A DNA stretch of 64,000 nt from Vicugna vicugna (lineage: Eukaryota). The translations under genes and the position numbers were made by a program. The notes under the pieces are model-generated. The model saw nothing but the letters and a program-made list of their open reading frames with translations, did not search any database and was not told the origin of the DNA. Of this stretch, positions 61,398 to 64,000 are shown piece by piece. Location: NCBI GenBank assembly GCA_013265495.1, contig MU057651.1:806001-870000 (forward strand), given 5' to 3'. Within the stretch, counting starts at the first letter, position 1. The number at the start of each line of letters is the position of its first letter.

Positions 61398-63487
61398 TGT
61401 GGTAGTTTTAAAATGTGTGGCCCCAAAATCTTTGACACTTTTCCTATAGATAAGGGGGTGACTGTCTCCTCTTGTAGCATTTTTTTTGTTGTTGGTATTT
61501 TCAAATTGTGCTATTTGGTTATTTTTTCCTCACTGTATTGGGTTATAATTGACAACATTGTACTATATATTTAAAGTGTACAATGTGATGATTTGATATA
61601 TGTATACACTGTGAAATGACTACCACAATTAAGTTAAGTAGAACATTCATCACCTCACGTATTTATCTTTAGGGGGGTGTGTGTGTGTGTATGTGTATGG
61701 TGAGAATGCTTAAGATCTTTAAGTCTTTCTTTCTCCATTTGGCTTATTTTACTTAGCATAATATCCTCTAGGTTCATCCATGTTCCTGTACATGGTACAA
61801 TTTCATTTTTTATGGCTGAATAATATTTCTCTATATATGAATTCATATCTATTCTTATTCATGTATATATATCCAAAATGTGCATCTGTACCACAGTTTC
61901 TTTATCCATTCGTCTGTTGGCTGATACTTTAGGCTGTTTCCATGGCTTGGTTATCGTGACTAACGCTGCGATGAACATGGAAGGGCAGATAGCTCTTCAA
62001 GATACTGATTTCTTTTCCTTCAGATGTATCCCCAGAAGTGGGATTGCTGGATCATAGGGGAGTTCTATTTTTATTTTTTTGAGGAATCTCCATTACTATT
62101 TTCCATAGTGGCTGCACCAAGCTACATTCTCACCAACACTGCACGAGGGATCCCTTTTCTCTTCGATAACACTTGTTATTTCTTATCTTTTTGGTAATGG
62201 CCATCCTAACAGGTGTCAGGTGTGAGGTGATTGATTTGCATTTCTCTGATGATTAGTGATGTTGAGCATCTTTTTGTGTACCTGTTAGCCATCTGTGTGT
62301 CTTCTTTGGGAAAATGTCTGTCTAGGTCCTTTGCCCAATTTTAGTCAAATGATGATGATGATGATTTTGCTATTGAGTTGTAGGAGTTCCTTATAACTTC
62401 TTATCAGTTAGATGACTTGCAAATATTTTCTCCCATCCCATAGGTTGCTTTGCACTCTCTGTTGATTTTTTCCTTTGCTGTGTAGAGGCTTTTTAGTTTG
62501 ATATAGTCCCACTTGTCTACTTTTGCTTTTATTGTCTCTTCTTTGGTGTCATATCCAAAAAAATGATTTCTAAGACCAACATCAGGGAGATTTTCCCCTA
62601 TGTTTTCTTCTAGAAGTTTTACAGTTTTAGGTCCTACATTTAAGTCTTTAATCCTTTTCAAGTTAGTTTTTGTGAGTGGTGTAAGATAGGGGTCCAGTTT
62701 CAGTATTTTGCATGTGGATATCCAGTCTTCCCAGTACCATTTATTTAAGAGACTATCCTTTCCCCATTGTATTTTCTTGTCCCCCTGATCAAAGATTAGT
62801 TGAACATATACACATGGATTTATTTCTGAGCTCTCTATTCTGTTTGATTGGTCTGTGTGTCTGTTTTTATGCCAGTACCATACTGCTTTGATTACTATAG
62901 TTTTGTAGTGTAGCTTGAAATCAGGATGTATGATACCTCCAACTCTGTACTTCTTTCTCAAGGTCATTTTAACAATTTGAGGTCTTTTGTGGTTTCATAA
63001 AAATTTTAGAATTCTTGTTGAATCTTGCAGGCTCATTGTACCCCATAGGATGTTGTGGGTGTGACTCTATGTAGGTTCTGAGGCTAGATTATAAAAGATG
63101 ATTTCATTTCTATTTCGCTTGCTGGAACACTTATTCTTGGAGCCCTGAGCCACCATGTAAGAAGTTTGACCATCCTGAAGCTACAGGACAGTAAGGAAGC
63201 CAGTCATGTGGATAGGACACATGTAGGCACTTTGGTTGGCACTTCTAATCTTTGAGTCTCCCCAGCCCAGAAACCCAGCATGTGAGTGGACAAGATTTTA
63301 GATGATTCCAGCGCCTGCCATCAAGTCACCCCCACCTTTCAAGTTTTCCCAGTGGAGGTACTCCACGTCATGGAGCAGAGAAAGCTCTCCCCATTGTGCC
63401 CTTTCTAAATTCCTGACCTGCTGATTCCATGAGCATAAAATTATGGTTGTTTCAAGCTGCTAAATTGGGTGGTCATTTGTAACAGCA
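61398..63487 (+). mobile_element. MLT1/MaLR LTR split by an L1 insertion
   Basis: 5' piece tgtggtag...tctttgacactttt (61398-61470); 3' piece ~63020-63487 with ggagccctgagccaccatgtaagaag...gttgtttcaagctgctaaattggg...ttgtaacagca. Confidence 0.75.
61520..63015 (-). mobile_element. L1 (ORF2 C-terminal region and 3' UTR)
   Basis: ORF 62404-62967 ([35 protein letters not shown]) is L1 ORF2. Confidence 0.93.
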
Positions 63488-63519
63488 TGTTTGAAATATT
63501 TCATCATTTTTTTCCCAAT

Positions 63520-63885
63520 CTGTATTTATTTTAAAAATTGAGGTATAATTGACATGTAACATTATATTAGTTTCAGATGTGCACTATGATTTGATATTTG
63601 CATATATTGCAAAATGATCACCACAATAAGTCTAGTTAACATCCGTCACCATACATAGTCACAAACATTTTTTTCCTTGTGGTGAAAACTTTTAAGATCT
63701 CTCCCAGCAACTTTCAAATATGCAATACAGTATTGCTAACTACAGTCACCATGCTGTACATTACATCCCCAGAACTTATTTATTTTAAAACTGGAAGTTT
63801 ATACTTTTTAAATGTCTTTACCCATTTTGCCCACCCCTCATTCCCTGCCTCTGGCAACTGCCAATCTGTTCTCTGTATCTAGGAG
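63520..63885 (-). mobile_element. L1MA-type 3' end
   Basis: aattgaggtataattgaca...ctctggcaactgccaatctgttctctgtatct. Confidence 0.85.
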
Positions 63886-64000
63886 CTCATTTTAAAAAGC
63901 ATTATTATTTCATAATTTAAAAGGAAGATCATTAAAGGACCAGATTCCCTCTCATGCCACCACCTCAATTCAGATTCGTGCACGAGGTAAGATATGCCTC

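Noticed and set aside
62404..62967. 187-aa ORF (and 8152-8490, 41225-41530) as host genes
   Set aside because: They are L1 ORF2 fragments.
1..64000. CRISPR array or prokaryotic system
   Set aside because: Mammalian repeat landscape; no repeat-spacer structure or operon-like ORFs.

Overview
Mammalian genomic DNA, very likely camelid (camelid-type tRNA-derived SINEs), dense in L1, L2, MIR, hAT and LTR repeats, with no intact protein-coding exon. A CpG island at ~3.0-3.6 kb has splice donors facing both directions, which suggests a bidirectional promoter; from memory the layout fits X-linked TRPC5 (-) / RTL4 (ZCCHC16/SIRH11) (+), but this is not confirmed. Main observation: manual translation of the apparently unique DNA between the ordinary repeats shows that ~5.4-60.5 kb is a head-to-tail array of about eight heavily decayed Ty3/Gypsy chromovirus (sushi-ichi/PEG10/RTL-like) units, A-H, all on the + strand. 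Each keeps some or all of the order gag - protease - RT - RNase H - integrase - GPY/F - chromodomain. Several units seem to end in two tandem chromodomains, several junctions leave almost no room for an LTR, and MIR/L2 elements interrupt the coding remnants, so the array is very old. All protein matches were made by eye across stops and frameshifts against remembered consensus motifs and need HMM/tBLASTn confirmation. Boundaries are approximate.
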